A stretch of 64,000 nucleotides of DNA from Octopus vulgaris (GCA_951406725.2 OX597831.1:37634001-37698000); one strand, 5' to 3'; shown: positions 24,859 to 40,087, numbered from the stretch's first letter. Notes: generated from the sequence alone by a model not told the origin. Numbers and translations: made by a program.

Positions 24859-25244
24859 GTGGAAGCACTCCGTCGGTTACGACGATGAGGGTTCCGGTTG
24901 ATCCGATCAATGGAACAGCCTGCTCGTGAAATTAACGTGTAAGTGGCTGAGTACTCCACAGACACGTGCACCCTTAACGTAGTTCTCGGGGATATTCAGC
25001 GTGACACAGAGAGTGACAAGGCTGGCCCCTTGAAATACAGGTACAACAGAAACAGGAAGTAAGAGTGAGAGAAAGTTGTGGTGAAAGAGTACAGCAGGAA
25101 TTACCACCATCCCCTGCCGGAGCGTCGTGGAGCTTTTAGGTATTTTCGCTCAATAAACACTCACAACGCCCGGTCTGGGAATCGAAACCGCGATCCTATG
25201 ACCGCGAGTCCGCTGCCCTAACAATTGGGCCATTGCGCCTCCAC
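24859..25244 (-). mobile_element. SINE family A, full length
   Basis: TSD acaggaagatat (24847, 25245). Confidence 0.95.
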
Positions 25245-25611
25245 ACAGGAAGATATACTAAAAGGGAAACATACGGACTATGATAAATTATTAAAAAAGT
25301 GTGAAGACTGAGAAAATAAAATAACCAAGATGAAACATGTAATTAGGATTAAATTAACGGCGAATGAGTACAACGAAGGCTACGAAGCAGACTTACTTGA
25401 GAAAGAGAGAGGAGAGAAGTTGAAAAACCTGTTTGGAGAGATAATAGAAATATCGCCGGCACAGGTTCGCTTTGACGAGTTGCCACCAGTGGTGGCATTT
25501 GAGGATTTAATACAGTATAAATGACAGTAAGTAAAAATTTTCAATAGTGACTTTTAACAAAGCTGTAAAACGAATAATGAACTGAGTGTTAATTGTTATA
25601 CATAAACAGTT

Positions 25612-26005
25612 GTGGAGGCGCAATGGCCCAGTGGTTAGGGCAGCGGACTCGCGGTCATAGGATCGCGGTTTCGATTCCCAGACCGGGCGTTGTGAGTGTT
25701 TATTGAGCGAAAACACCTAAAGCTCCACGAGGCTCCGGCAGGGGATGGTGGTGATCACACCACACCTCTTTCACCACAACTTTCTCTCACTCTTACTTCC
25801 TGTTTCTGTTGTACCTGTATTTCAAGGGGCCGGCCTTGTCACTCTCTGTGTCACGCTGAATATCCCCGAGAACTACGTTAAGGGTACACGTGTCTGTGGA
25901 GTGCTCAGCCACTTACACGCTAATTTCACGAGCAGGCTGTTCCGTTGATCGGATCAACCGGAACCCTCGTCGTCGTAACCGACGGAGTGCTTCCATTTCA
26001 TTCCA
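25612..26005 (+). mobile_element. SINE family A, full length
   Basis: TSD cata(a/t)acagtt (25601, 26006); (TTCCA)n tail. Confidence 0.95.
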
Positions 26006-27247
26006 CATATACAGTTAAATGACACTGTGTGCGAGTGGGGGCGGGTAGGTAAGACATTTCATTTCTATTTTATGATTATAATTCATAATTTCATTCGTTA
26101 TATGTTTTATGTACTCCACTGTGTTTTGTTGTGTGTCCATGTATCGTCCTTCCTTGTATGAGCCTGTGTACTTAAAATAAAGAAACAGGTGCTAGTTCGA
26201 CCATGTTGTTTAACCGTGTTAGGTCGACGTGTGTTGATTTAACAGTCGGCAGTGCAACAGTTAATACTCAGCTTCGTACCCACGATCGAGTAGTATGGAG
26301 TGCGTGCTGTTTTAACAAATATAATCGCGATACGTTATTTTTACATAACCAAGACCAACTGGTTATTTGTGTAATACTATTTTATACCAGATGCGTATAC
26401 ACACGTTATAACAGATTTGATACTATAGGGTTTTACATGCCGATTGGTATTTAGCTACTATTTCTTACAGATAGAGAAATGTCACACGTTTTCACCCATA
26501 AGCTCGCAATTCTAGTAGGCTGTTAATTGTTATTGTGACATTTCTGTTAATGAATCTCCCAAGATTTCTGCTGTATTCAGCAAAATTAATAACGGATACA
26601 CTAATTAGATGTCATTTCTTTAAATAATACCATTTTAAAACAACTTTTTCATTGAATTTTTCTTTGCAAAACGAAATCCTCATGTAGGAAATTGCTATTA
26701 AATATAACACAAAATTTTCCTGACAACACTAAAACTAATTTGTTTGTACTTTATATGTATTAATTTGTTATGTTAATTTTTGTTTTTAATTTATATTTGA
26801 AGAATTTCTAAGATGCTTTCGCCAGGAAGCTGAACGAGTTTTGAAATATTTATATGTTTTTCATGAACTTCTGGAATAACGAATAACTTCTATTTTGCCA
26901 GGAGATAACAAAGGCATCATTTCCAATTAATTCCATGAATAATTGAAACCATTTCGCATGACAGAATAATGACCTTGGTAAAGCTATTGCAGAAATATCT
27001 CTCTTTATTCACTAACAGCCCTTACAGTGTGTGCATATTTAGAAGTTAATTAATATACACGCATACACAAACATGCACACGCCTACATGTACATTAACAA
27101 ATATGTAAATATACATACATACACAAACATGTATATATATATATATATATATATATAGGGAAAGTTTACGAAAGAAACAAAAGACGAAGACAGGTGGTGT
27201 ACAAAACAAACAGATGTATTAGTATAACGTTCAGGAATAGAAAAAGT

Positions 27248-27284
27248 ATCTTACGTTTCGAGCCTACGCTCTTCAACAAAAAGG
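27248..27284 (-). ncRNA. Degenerate minimal hammerhead in PLE pseudo-LTR-like fragment (27157-27330)
   Basis: ttt-TTGTTGA-a-gagc gtag gctc-GAAAC GTA; core and stem I damaged. Confidence 0.45.
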
Positions 27285-27376
27285 TACACAGAAAAGACAA
27301 GGAGAGAAAAATGTGTGTAGTGGCTAACGATACGTATATATAAAGTTATAAATAATGGTATCTAAGAGATATTACC

Positions 27377-27807
27377 ATGCTTGAAATAGCAGTCAAACTT
27401 GACTCTCAAACCATATCATATATTCAATATATCACAAGGTGAAAAGACAAATAAATAAACTAGTGAAAATTGGATAATTCCAGACCCCTGGTTTCTGGAT
27501 CTGTATAAAAATAATTTCCCTTCGTCAATGAAATATACCAAGAATTGTACATAATTACATATATATATACACACACAAACATACGAATACTTACGTATAC
27601 GCACGCTTATATAAATATATATACACGAAAATTTCAGTTATCCGTACAATTCTTGGTTTATTTCATTGATGAAGGCAAAGTAATTTTATACAGCGTCTGG
27701 AATTATCAAATTTTCACTAGTTTATCTATCTATTTACTCTTTCACCTTGTGCTCTATTGAATAAATGATGACTTTATAGAGTCAGGTTTTGACTGCTATT
27801 ACAAGCA
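27377..27807. repeat. Old diverged inverted repeat, arms about 170 bp
   Basis: tgcttgaaatagcagtcaaa...ccaagaattgtac versus gtacaattcttgg...tttgactgctattacaagca. Confidence 0.85.
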
Positions 27808-27821
27808 CACACATACACACA

Positions 27822-27883
<62 letters not shown>

Positions 27884-28199
27884 AATATATATATATGCAT
27901 ACACAAATAATGGTGCAATTGCTAGAAAGAAGAGCTAAAAATATAACTCAAATAGCCACATGAAATCACCAACCTCATGAGATGTTCAAGGGACTGCGAG
28001 CGGCAAGTCACAGCTTCATCTCTCCTGGGAGAAGAAACTTGCAGAATGAAATAATTATTTTATTCGAGTTATATATTTTATTCGAATTATATTTTCTAGC
28101 TCCTGTTTCAAGAAATTGCAGGTGCTCTGTGCACCCTTATTTATGTATTCTAACATTTTGGTATTTAATTGTCAAATCACCTATGTTATAATGTCTTTG

Positions 28200-28590
28200 A
28201 GCAGGCAGAAACGTTAGCACACCTGGCAAAATGCGTAGCGGTATTTCGTTTGCCGTTACGTTCTGAGTTCAAATTCCGCCGAGGACGAATTTGCCTTTCA
28301 TCCTCTCGGCGTCGATTAAATAAGTACCAGTTACGCACTGGGGTCGATATAATCGACTTAATCCGTTTGTCTGTCCTTGTTTGTCCCTTCTATGTTTAGC
28401 CCCTTGTGGGTAGTAAAGAAATAGGTATTTCGTTTGTCTTTACATCATGAGTTCAAATTCCGGCGAGGTCGACTTTGCCTTTCATTGTTTTGGGATTGAC
28501 AAATTAAGTACCAGTTGCATTCTGGGGTCGATCTAATCGCCTGGCCCTCTCACCCAAAATTTCGGGCTCTGTGCCTAGAGTAGAAAAGTA
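28200..28590 (+). mobile_element. SINE family C dimer
   Basis: ggcagaaacgttagcac head, two gagttcaaattcc units, terminal gtgcctagagtagaaaag. Confidence 0.85.
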
Positions 28591-28749
28591 TATTATAATG
28601 AATTCCTTTTACCATAATATCTGTGTGTGTGAAATGATCACATTTTTACAAGTTAACACTGACTAATAAGTTTTTCAGTAGAGGAAGCAAATGGAATGAA
28701 TGGAACTTTATCTTTGAAACCGACGAATAGCAAGTCGTCATTATATCTA

Positions 28750-28985
28750 GCATTCAAAATCGCTAGATCGTGGGTTCGATTTTCACACGAGGCGGCGCAT
28801 TGTGTTCTTGAGCAAAACATTATATTTCCCGTTCCAGTCTCCCTTTTAGTTACAAGATGGGACATTTGCCCGCTCGCCTAGTCAGCTGGGTGGCGTCATT
28901 CGAATGCTAAAGCGATGCAAAGCGCATTGTAACCAGCGATATGTAACAACATTTGATAATCTGTTCGGTCGTGTAATCACGTGAT
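28750..28985 (+). mobile_element. Old tRNA-derived SINE of another family
   Basis: B-box ggttcgatt, gtgttcttgagcaaaaca core-like block, end ...tcacgtgat. Confidence 0.5.
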
Positions 28986-29879
28986 TTATAAATATGATTT
29001 ATATATATATATATATATATATGGAGATAGCTAGATAGATAGATAGACAGATAGGTAGATAGATATATAGATAGACTGAGTGAGAGATATGTCCATAGCT
29101 ATAATATATGCATACACGCATGCACATATATATCCAAAATTATATATACCAATATATTTGTATATAATGATCTCTCACTCTTTCTCCACACACACAAGCG
29201 CACACGCACACATACAACCATACACACACATACACATATATACATATATATATGTATGCTTGTTATACAGAAATGAATGTGTACATTTATAGATGCGAGT
29301 GTAATTGTGTATACGAGTATGTACGCGCAGGTGGCGTTTGTTGTTGAGTAAAATGCAATTGCTCTCAGACAATAAAAACATAAGTGTTAAGTGGTGCAAT
29401 CTAATATATTTCTGGAAAATTTCTGACGACAAAGGAAGTAATCTTTCAGACACATATACTTTCTATCATTTGATTAAATAACATTAATAAAATTATTTAA
29501 TGTTTAAATGGAAATTTAGCATTTTGAAACGTCTTACCAATTTCTTGCCAGACAAATAGATTGAGAGCAGACGGCATGTTATTTGCTATTTCCTTTCATA
29601 TATTTGTTGTGGCATTTCGACTATGGATTGCTTGCAATGATTTTTTTTTGTTCCTTGAGAATTACGCCTGATAAGGCCTGGTTTCCCTCGTGTGTAAGTA
29701 ACAGAGATCAGACTATTCCCCCTCAGCTGGACACTGATTTGTTGTTGAGTATTTGTTGCCTGTATTTTTGAGGGAAGGGGAAAGGGGATAGCATCGAACT
29801 TGACTGCTACTTTATTTTATCGATCCTGAGTGGATGAAGGGGAAAATTTGACTTCTGTACCATTTGCACGCTGAAAATT

Positions 29880-30055
29880 TTGGCACAAGGCCATCAATTT
29901 TGTGGACAGGACAAAAGATTGCATCGACTCTAGTTCTTAATTGGTACTTATTTTATCCACCTCGAAAAGATGAAAGGTGAAGTCGACCTCAGAATGAACG
30001 AAATGACGCTAAGCATTTTGCCCTTCGCGGCAACGATTCTGCAAGCTCACCACAT
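29880..30055 (-). mobile_element. Degraded SINE family C
   Basis: ggtacttatttt...gatgaaagg...gtcgacctc...gctaagcatttt. Confidence 0.6.
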
Positions 30056-30565
30056 TTTTCATACAATTAATATATTAAAATCTTAGTTATATGTATAGTA
30101 GGTAGTATTCTGAATATTCATCAATTTTCTAAAGTGTCTCTACTCTCTGAGTCTGTTATTTTGTATACTGGCAACAGAAGTCCCGGGTAGACATCTTTTA
30201 ATTTTTATTCTGTAAAGTTGTTGTAGTATTGATATATATGAAGGCAATATTGAATTTGATCAAAGTAGGAGAATTTCGAGGAAACAATAAAAAAAAACAG
30301 ACATATGAATACTGCCTGACAGAAAATACACTTAGCCAGAAATTGATACGAAACATCTAGAAGTGACATTTGTCAAATTCAGAAGATTACGGTATTTATA
30401 AAAGTTTGTGAGAAACATATGTTGTGATATCAGCTAAGAATATGAACTCAGATAACTCGTATCGGACTTTTAATTAAAATTAACTGAAATCTCTATATAC
30501 AAAGGAAATACTATATCAAACAGAAAATGTATTTTTAAAAATTTAATTTATCTATTATAATAATA

Positions 30566-30631
<66 letters not shown>

Positions 30632-30855
30632 TATTTATTTACTTTTTTATGCTGTGTATGTGATTGTAGAGAGTAACATTATCAAGTTATATCTCCGTAA
30701 GAGATTGATGGCAAATATATTGCCAACAAATTTTAAAGATATGTATATGTGTCTGCGAGTGTGTGTGTGTGCGTGCGTGTGTGAGTATATAATAAACTAT
30801 AGCACTCAATATACGTATATCTATTTACCTATCTATTTATCTATCTATCTATCTA

Positions 30856-30902
<47 letters not shown>

Positions 30903-32606
30903 ATGGTATAACATTTAATACATATATTCTATATATCTATCTGTTTATCTAACTATAATTATATATATATATATATATATATAACATTTAATACGTATAT
31001 GTTGTATGTATGTACCGAGTTCAATTGAAAGTTAATCAAAGAGAAATACAACCCATAAAATGATTGTTTTAGAGTTATGCGTGAACATGAAAGAGATTTT
31101 CTGAGGATTATGCGTATCAAAAATATTTGATTGTTTACAATCATTGAAGAAAGAAGAAATCCGACAAGACTGTTACAAAGTTTAAATCTTAACGCTAAAA
31201 TTTGTTCAAACGCTGACGTGCAAATTTCAAGGAAATACATTTCCATGAAGTAAATTTCTAACGAAAAATAATATTCAAGTAGTTGTTCTGAGAAAATACA
31301 TTTTTTCAAGTGTTTTGTTTTCTGGCGTGTTATTTATTTCGTAGAGAAGCAAATTTTCTTACATTGTAAATGAATAAAGGTTAACTGTATTAACGATGAA
31401 GAGTATTTTTAACAGTAAAGTTATTTAATACATTACGATGTTAAAGTCGATGCAGGTAAGCCGGTTTCGTGCTGTTTTCTGCCTCGAATTTCTGTTTATA
31501 ATATCAATTTACATAAAAGCTAACAGCGGATATGGATTTACGTAGATTTGTAAATACTCATTTCAGTTTAATATCATGAATGCGCTATATTTTCGAGCGA
31601 TTAATTTAGAAATTGATAACACTAGTTATTAATCCAGCGATGTTGACATACACAGTATATTTGTTTCAAAATCCCCCAGAAGAAGGTCCTAGTAAAGATT
31701 CATAATTATGCTCAAAATAAACAATTAAATATAGGAACCAAAAATATACATTTTGTTGTGTCGGATGAGGAATATACTGCCTTAACTTCTAACACACTCA
31801 CCGTTTCAATTTCCGCTTCATTTATTATTTATATTTCTTACTCTTCCAAAAGTTTCGTTGATGTTGCAACCTTGTCACTGGATGCTCAACACACGAATTC
31901 ACACAAATAATCTTACAAGCTAGACACAAAAGCGAAGTAAAAGGAAAATATACAATGTTATTTTTAATATTTATCATGTTTTATCATAAAACAGTTTCCA
32001 CGAAAATGTTGTACAGCTTTAGTTGTATCCAGTATTCATAACTATTCGTATTTGTATTTTTTAATCAACAGATAAAATTATTTGTTACTCACCCCTTGAA
32101 CAGTGTACTTGTATGCAGAATTTTAAAAAATATAGCGGCAAAAAATGGGCGACAGTTTTCAACAGACCATCGTACATTCACTTTCATATATTAGATGAAA
32201 TTTTAAAGTCACTAGCAGTAGTCAAACGCGTATTTGTTGTACAACATATCCGAAATAATAAATTTAGGAAAAGCAAGGAAGACATACGAATTATGATATA
32301 GTAAACCATTTTCATATTACGCTATACAGTTCTGTTATACAAATCTGTGTTAAATTGTTTCAACCTTATTAGGAGATTCGATTATACAGACATGATTAAA
32401 CCTCTATTCTATATCTTATCGCTTATTATCGTTAATATTTTCTTTCCTTATATATTTCCTTATTTATCTTCTCTTTTTCTCTTTTATTTTTTATAGAACT
32501 TCCTTTTTTTCCATTCCTTGTACATTTATCATGTTGTGATGTTTTTCATGAGCTCTATGGTTACACATAAACAACCCAAAACACATTAATATAAAATTTG
32601 TACATA

Positions 32607-33225
32607 AGGCGGTGAGCTGGCTGAAACGTTAGCACGCCGGGCAAAATGCTTAGCGGTATTTCGTCTGCCGATACGTTCTGTGTTCAAATTCCGCCGCGGT
32701 CGACGTTACCTTTCATCATTTCGGGGTCGATTAAATAAGTACCAGTTACGCATTGGGTTCTATATAATCGACTTAATCCGTTTGTCTGTCCTTGTTTGTC
32801 CTCACTGTGTTTACCCTCTTGTGGGTAGTAAAGAAATAGGTATTTTCGTCTGCCGCTACGTTCTGAGTTCAAATTCCACCGAAGTCGACTTTGCCTTCCA
32901 TTCTTTCAGGGTCGATTAAGTAAGTACCAGTTACGCACTGGAGTCGATATAATCGTCTTAATCCGTCTTAATCCGTTTGTCTGTCCTTATTTGTCCCCTC
33001 TATGTTTAGGCAATAAAGAAATAAGAATCGTTAGCAAGCCGGGCGAAATGCATAGCGGTATTTCGTCTATCTTTACGATCTGAGTTCAAATTCCGCTGAG
33101 GTCGACTTTACCTTCCATCCTTTCGGGTCGGTAAATTAAGGGCCATTTGCGTACTGGGGTCGCTCTAATCGACCGGCCCTTTTCCCCCAAAGCTTCGTGC
33201 CTTGTGCCTAGAGTAGAAAAGAATA
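32607..33225 (+). mobile_element. SINE family C multimer (3 units)
   Basis: Head aaggcggtgagctggctgaaacgttagc; units at about 32655, 32840 and 33030; terminal gtgcctagagtagaaaagaata. Confidence 0.9.
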
Positions 33226-34850
33226 TGCAATTCGTACATTAAGGAGTAACGTTTGTTCAATAAATGATGGAGACGAATTACTTAAGTGGCTGCAGTCCCG
33301 ATGAACTTGCTTTGTTATTTTCATACTTCTAAGGATAGAGCTTGCCCTCAATCAACAAAAGTATCTTGACTGCGATCCCTAAACCCACTGCCATCACAAA
33401 TAATGCCACTAACACCACTACCATCTCCATTTTCAGCAGCGTTGGCAGTAACATCATCTTCGTCACAACCAGTTTCATAATCGTCTTCATCGTCGCCGAT
33501 GTTGTATTGTGCAACATTATCGTAATTATCGCATTAGTAAAATATCAACATATTCTTGTCGTCGTAGTGCGCCTCTCCTTTTAATTCCTCCTCCTGCTGT
33601 ACCTCCTTATCAATATCATCATTCCTCCTCATCATTATTATAATCACCATTCCAATTTTAAGTTTTCCAGTCATTATGCCAAAGAAGTAGGCCTACAACC
33701 AAAAGCTACTCTCTCTGCCATAAAAGACCATATCTTCTCTATCGCAGATACACTCCCATTCTTGAAGGATATTATGACAAAATTGCGGTTGATTTTGCTG
33801 CTATTTCTAGCATCACAAACTATTGTATAACAACTCAATAGCTAGCCGTTTGTTGCTTTTTTTTTGTTGTATGTTATTGTTGTGAACATTGTATTGGTAT
33901 TGGCATCCTTTCTGTCTCGGGAGACAATGGAGTTGCGCATGAAGTAGTCTAGTCCGGCTTTTATATTTATATTCATGTCCTGATATATCTCCTGCTGTTG
34001 CTGTGTAGTCCTATCCTGGACAAACACTCCCAACTATTGTTGTGACCATAGCTGTAACTATTGATATAGTTGTTAAGCCCTAATCATGCCCTGATCCAGT
34101 AAACCTATCAACCCCTTTTAAGCGGAATTCGCCGCCCTTGTTTTTCCTTCTTCCCCAAAAGAAAGGCTCTATTTTGTATTTTGTCCCTTCTGTATCCAGC
34201 CCTGCGTGACAAATAAAGAAATCTGCCGTCCACCAATGCTTGTTCTGTCAGTTATTTTATTAAATTCATGTTGTTTCAATACCACATTATATATATATAT
34301 ATATATCGAAAAATTTCTTGTTTATTATGTTTACTAAAGAGACTACGCTTTGATTTGATGCCTGTTTGCTTGTTTAATCTAGATAGTTGAGCGGCACTTA
34401 GTGCTCTCCTTTATGAAGTGTTACTGGTTTCATTAGATCGGTTATCTGCAGGTGCGTCACGAACAAACAAACATTCGTTGAATTATGAAGCAAATTTCAA
34501 ACTATTCTAAATTTGTACCGTCTAATTTTCATCGACATAAGTAGATGGAGAATTTGATAAAGGTAACTGAAAACGAAACAAAGAATACAATTAAAAAAAA
34601 TAGACAAAGATAAAATAATTTTTAAGAAAATTATGCCAATTATCTAAACACTTGTCTTCGTCTGCTAAAGACCACGTATGTATGTATATATGCGTATATA
34701 TATGGTATATTCATACATGGATATTATGTATATATATATATACATATATAAATACGCACACACACATACATATATATATATATGTATATACATATAGATA
34801 TATATGCACACATATATACATATATATACATATACATACATATACACACA

Positions 34851-34882
<32 letters not shown>

Positions 34883-34931
34883 CATATATATATGCATATA
34901 TATACATCTATATATATATATACATACATCC

Positions 34932-34964
<33 letters not shown>

Positions 34965-35574
34965 CGCACATACATATATATATATATATATGCAACAATG
35001 TATCATGTATAAATATATATTCATACTTGCGTATATATGTATATATATATATATATATCGATATATGAGTGTTTGTGCGTGTTTCTGTCTGTGTTTGTAT
35101 GTATATGAAAAATTCTCAAAACAGAAATAAACCAATAAATAGATTGGTTTGTTGAGATTAGTCTTCAGTAGTTTCAAGCGATTGGTCATAAAAATAGATA
35201 GGTGAACGAGTTCGCATTAACTTGGAGCACCAACAATTATAGATATATAACATAAAATAAAGAAATATTTTTTAAAGTGGAATTGAAACGTTTAGTTCTT
35301 TAACTTTTATTAAATACTTTTCAAACCATTAAGATTTTGTTAGGAAAAGTATCTTAAACTAATCAAAGTAGGCATTGCTTGAGGATTTTCATTAAAAAAT
35401 GTTTTGGTTACCAACAGAAGAAACTGATTACCATGTCGAAAGAGAACAACTCACAAATGCAATACGTTAATAAGACAACACAATACATGAAAACAGAAAA
35501 GAGAATGATAGTGTCTAAATAGACAATGTGTTAGGCTTGTAAACAAGAAGCAACAGTTTTAAACTGATACATAA

Positions 35575-35611
<37 letters not shown>

Positions 35612-35869
35612 AACATACACAAGCACATACATAAACTTAATATTTTCGTCGCTGTCTTAAAGGTCTTACACTGACTGACACCCAGCTGCAGATGGTACAT
35701 ATAACATTGTGTGTACGTGCTTTGCGTGAATGCGTGTGTGTTTGTGTGTATGTGTGTGTATATATTGATGGGTAGATAGAGAGATAGAGAGATATAACTG
35801 TTGTTATACACATACACACATATATATATTCATACATGTATGTATATATGTGTGAAAAAATTAGTTGAG

Positions 35870-37490
35870 TTGGGTTTTTTTTAGAGGGGTAATGTTTATT
35901 TTAATCTTAATAAAATTTTTCTTCAGTGAGTTTCGATTAATATTTTTGAATAAAATATTCTTCCTTGGCCTTACGACAATTTTCAGTTTCTGTCTATAGT
36001 TTAAAGAAAGGAAGTATTTTGAACTTCCTTTTCCCACCATTTTCGAAATGTTCACTGCAAGTTGTGTTTGTAACAGAGGGGTCATGGATTTGTTACTTAT
36101 CTGCCCTTACTTTTTCATACGATCCAATGCCCGTTTCACCAATGTAGTATTATTTGCATTTGGGACATGTGGCACAATAGATTAGGTTCCTGGATTTGCA
36201 ATTCATATTTACATTTATTTTAAAAGTGTTATTGCCTTTGAAAGTAATTTGTTCTCCTTCTTCAATGAAATCAAACGTTCCACAGCAAGGGTCACCATAT
36301 TTTTGGACTCTTTTTGTTATTTCTCTATTTTTTATGTTGGATGTTTGAAATCTTCTATAGATTATTTTTGAATTTGTTACTAATTTGTTCATTTTTGATG
36401 AGTGTTGAATCATTGGGATGCCTTTTTTTTTTGCAGTACTGATAATTTATAATTTCTGTATGCTTGTTTTCCTCCGAGGTCTGCAGATGGGATGTTTTTT
36501 GCTTTGGTTATTGCTGTGACAATTAAAATATTGGGATATTTTTCGCCTTTTAGAAGTATTTTTAATTCCTGTAATCATTTATCTCTTAATTCTGCATCTA
36601 TCACTATAGTGCAAATTCGTTTTACCATATAAAAAGGTATGTTTCTTATGGTATGTGAGAAATGGAAGAAATGAAAATTCAAATATTAGTGTGGCTGTAG
36701 GTTTGTAGAAGAGATCTGTTTTTATGGTGTTATTTTTAAAATTAGAAGTATGTTTAAAAATAGTAAATCCTTTGTGTGTTCCATGGTGGATTTTATTGAA
36801 GTAAGAAAATTATTTAAAAGTGAGTAAAATATTCCTAAATCTTCTTGACTTTTGGTTCAGAATATAAAACAGTCAAACAAATACCGTTTCCAATTGTTTT
36901 TTTTTTTTTTATATAAATGGAGAATTATTCGTTAAATGTTTCTGTTAGTTGGGAATAGAGTTTGACCACTAAGGAGCCCATTACAAGCGTTACACAGAGG
37001 GGGCTACTTTGGTCCCCATTGCTGTAAAAAGAAGTTGTCAAAGAAGTTATCATTTCCCAGTAATAATTTTAATCATTCTAAATTGAAGGTTTTTTAGAAT
37101 CTTTGCGTGATGTGATTCGGGTTTTTTTGTTAACCAGAAATTTATAGCTTCAATTCGTAGCTCATGTGGAATATTGGTGTATAGACTAACAATAAATGTC
37201 CACGGGTGGACACATTTAGGTATGTAGTTTAAGAAGTCCATATCGTCCCGGAGAAAGCTTGGTATCATTTTGAATGCAGGTTATAAAACTAAATCTATTA
37301 AAGTTGCTTAAGTGTTGTGTACTGGGTGCTGGTCAGTCATTGAGGGTAGGTTCAGATGTTGCTGAATTTCGACATATGTTGATTTGGTTCCTTTTATGTT
37401 TTGGATTTCTTTTGATTTGTGTATCTTGGGTAAACCATAGAAATTACAGTTTTTACTTCGAAGTTGGTTTAATAAATAACCTCATTCTCA
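35870..37490 (-). pseudogene. Decayed Penelope-like element RT + GIY-YIG (Neptune-like)
   Basis: Minus strand: FLRDDMDFL...SLYTNIPHE, MGTKVAP, WKRYLFDCFI, FKINVNMNCKSRNLIYCATCPKCK*YYIGETG; many stops and frameshifts. Confidence 0.85.
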
Positions 37491-37513
37491 GTTAGGTTAT
37501 TACGATATATAAA

Positions 37514-37565
<52 letters not shown>

Positions 37566-37909
37566 TATATATACAAATAAGAAAACGGAGGAACCGATTC
37601 CTTTCAGTCATCAACTTACAGATAATACCAATTCATATTATTTATTAACTACTTAAATAGGAACATCCAAATCCAACAGAATAAAACAATATACATCAAT
37701 AAGTATATATATATATATATATATATATAATTATATGTATATGTATATATATATATACATATGTATGTATGTATATATATATGTATGTATGTATATATGT
37801 ATGTGTGTATATATATGTGTGTATGTGTGTGCATGTATGTATGTATTACGTGTGCATGTATGTTCTTATGTATTTGTGTATGATGAACCAGTAGAAAGCT
37901 AAGGAATTT

Positions 37910-38095
37910 TGATCTTCATGTGTGTGATTTTTCGGAAGCTGTGCTGACGACGTGCAGGCTTCATCAGCCACGAAATAAGCCACAGGAATCGACACCTTGT
38001 AAATTATGATACAGTTATTGCTGACAACAGAACATGTGTAAACTGTGAAAAGGTGTGCCGTTCAATTGGAGGGTTAAAAAGGCATGAAAAACACT
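37910..38095 (+). pseudogene. Degenerate C2H2 zinc-finger pair, probably an RTE LINE C-terminus
   Basis: KLC*RRAGFISHEISH and CVNCEKVCRSIGGLKRHEKH. Confidence 0.5.
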
Positions 38096-38555
38096 TCGTA
38101 CTATGGCAGCAGTTCCTTCTGCCAGAAAAAAAAAAAAAAAAACTGTGCATTATGATGAACAAATATTTGGCCTGCCTGAAGAGTTATATAACGGCCTCAC
38201 ATTGCAGCATCAATAACTCGTTTCAGTGATACGTTGTAACAATGGTCTTGGTCTTATACGAGAAAGCTGCGCATATATGTATGTAAATGCACGCACGTTT
38301 ACAAATAATTCGAAACATAACAGAGGCACGCACACTCACGTTACTTTGTGTGCATGCACACAAATCAAGGGAAGGACAAGTATTTTGCCAAGAGGTCAGA
38401 AAAGGCCACGCACAAGGCCTCCATGATGATGATAATACAATTCAGTGGAAAGGTCTGGAGGATACAGTGAAGATGATATATGTAGTACATGAATGTATAT
38501 ATACTGATAATATGTTTGTATATATATTTTTTTCTGTATGTGTTTACGCATAAAT

Positions 38556-38759
38556 ACATGTATGTATGTATGTATGTATGTATGTATGTATGTATGTATG
38601 TATGTATGTATGTATGTATGTATTTATGTATGTATGTATGTATGTATGTATGTATGTATGTATGTATGTATGTATGTATGCCTTCCCTTTTCTATTTCTA
38701 TTTAAATTCCTTTTTCGAAGAAGGAGTTTGTTTCTAAAAATGATACAAAACTCCATCGT

Positions 38760-38812
<53 letters not shown>

Positions 38813-38825
38813 ATATATATATATG

Positions 38826-38857
<32 letters not shown>

Positions 38858-39114
38858 TATGTATGTATGTATATATATATATATATGTATGTATGTATAT
38901 ATATATTTGTATGTATGTATATATATATGTATGTATGTATATATATGTATGTATGTATATATATATATGTATATATATATGTATGTATATATATATGTAT
39001 GTATGTATATATATATATGTATGTATGTATATATATATATATTTATATATATATATGTATATGTATGTATGCATATATATATATACATGCTTATATTATA
39101 TATATATATGCATA

Positions 39115-39146
<32 letters not shown>

Positions 39147-39635
39147 CAGCTGTATGTATATATATATATATATATACACACATATGTATGTATGTGTATA
39201 TATGTGTGTGTAGATAGATAGATAGATGAATAGCTACAAAGAAACGCTTATATTTCAGCACAAACATGCATATGCACATCTAGGAAGCATTCATTAGACC
39301 TATAATTATTTACAAATCAATAAATGTTTATTACATATTTCATATAATCATCATGAATATCCATTCTCTCTGATAACTCTGTCCCTTTCCCTCTACACCT
39401 CTACCTTATCCAACCATTACTTTCACTCTCTAGTTTGTTTTTCCTTTTTCTTCCTGTTCGTTTTCCGGTTGCTTCCATCCAACATATTGTATTAGACAAT
39501 TTCTGTCTTATATGACAATTTGTAGGAAGTAATTGCTGAATTAGTTGTAGTTCATTCTGTTTATCTACTTATAAAACGAAGTACATACGTCTCTGTCAAT
39601 TAATGCAAGTATCTATCTATATATGTACCTACTTT

Positions 39636-39728
<93 letters not shown>

Positions 39729-39841
39729 ATATCATTCTGTGTGTATATATATATGTATTAGTGTATGTGTATATATATATATATATGTGTGTGTATATAT
39801 GTGTATGTATATATATATACATACATATATATATATATGTA

Positions 39842-39891
<50 letters not shown>

Positions 39892-40005
39892 AATACATAT
39901 ATATATATGTATATGTGTGTATATATGTATGTACACATACATATGTTATATGTATATATACATACATATATATATGTATATATATTTATGTACATATATA
40001 TGTAC

Positions 40006-40060
<55 letters not shown>

Positions 40061-40087
40061 CGTGTGTGAGGTATGTGTGTGTTTGCA

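Noticed and set aside
25330-25524. 64-aa ORF MKHVIRIKLTANEY
   Set aside because: Upstream stop and SINE interruption; possibly a LINE ORF1 relic but no diagnostic motif
33842-34033. 63-aa minus-strand ORF with acceptor-like site
   Set aside because: No recognisable homology or donor site
23787-35680. CAGTGA-stem-GAAA motifs at about 23790, 31850 and 35645 as a new ribozyme core
   Set aside because: Stems inconsistent; 31850 is better explained as a decayed ordinary HHR
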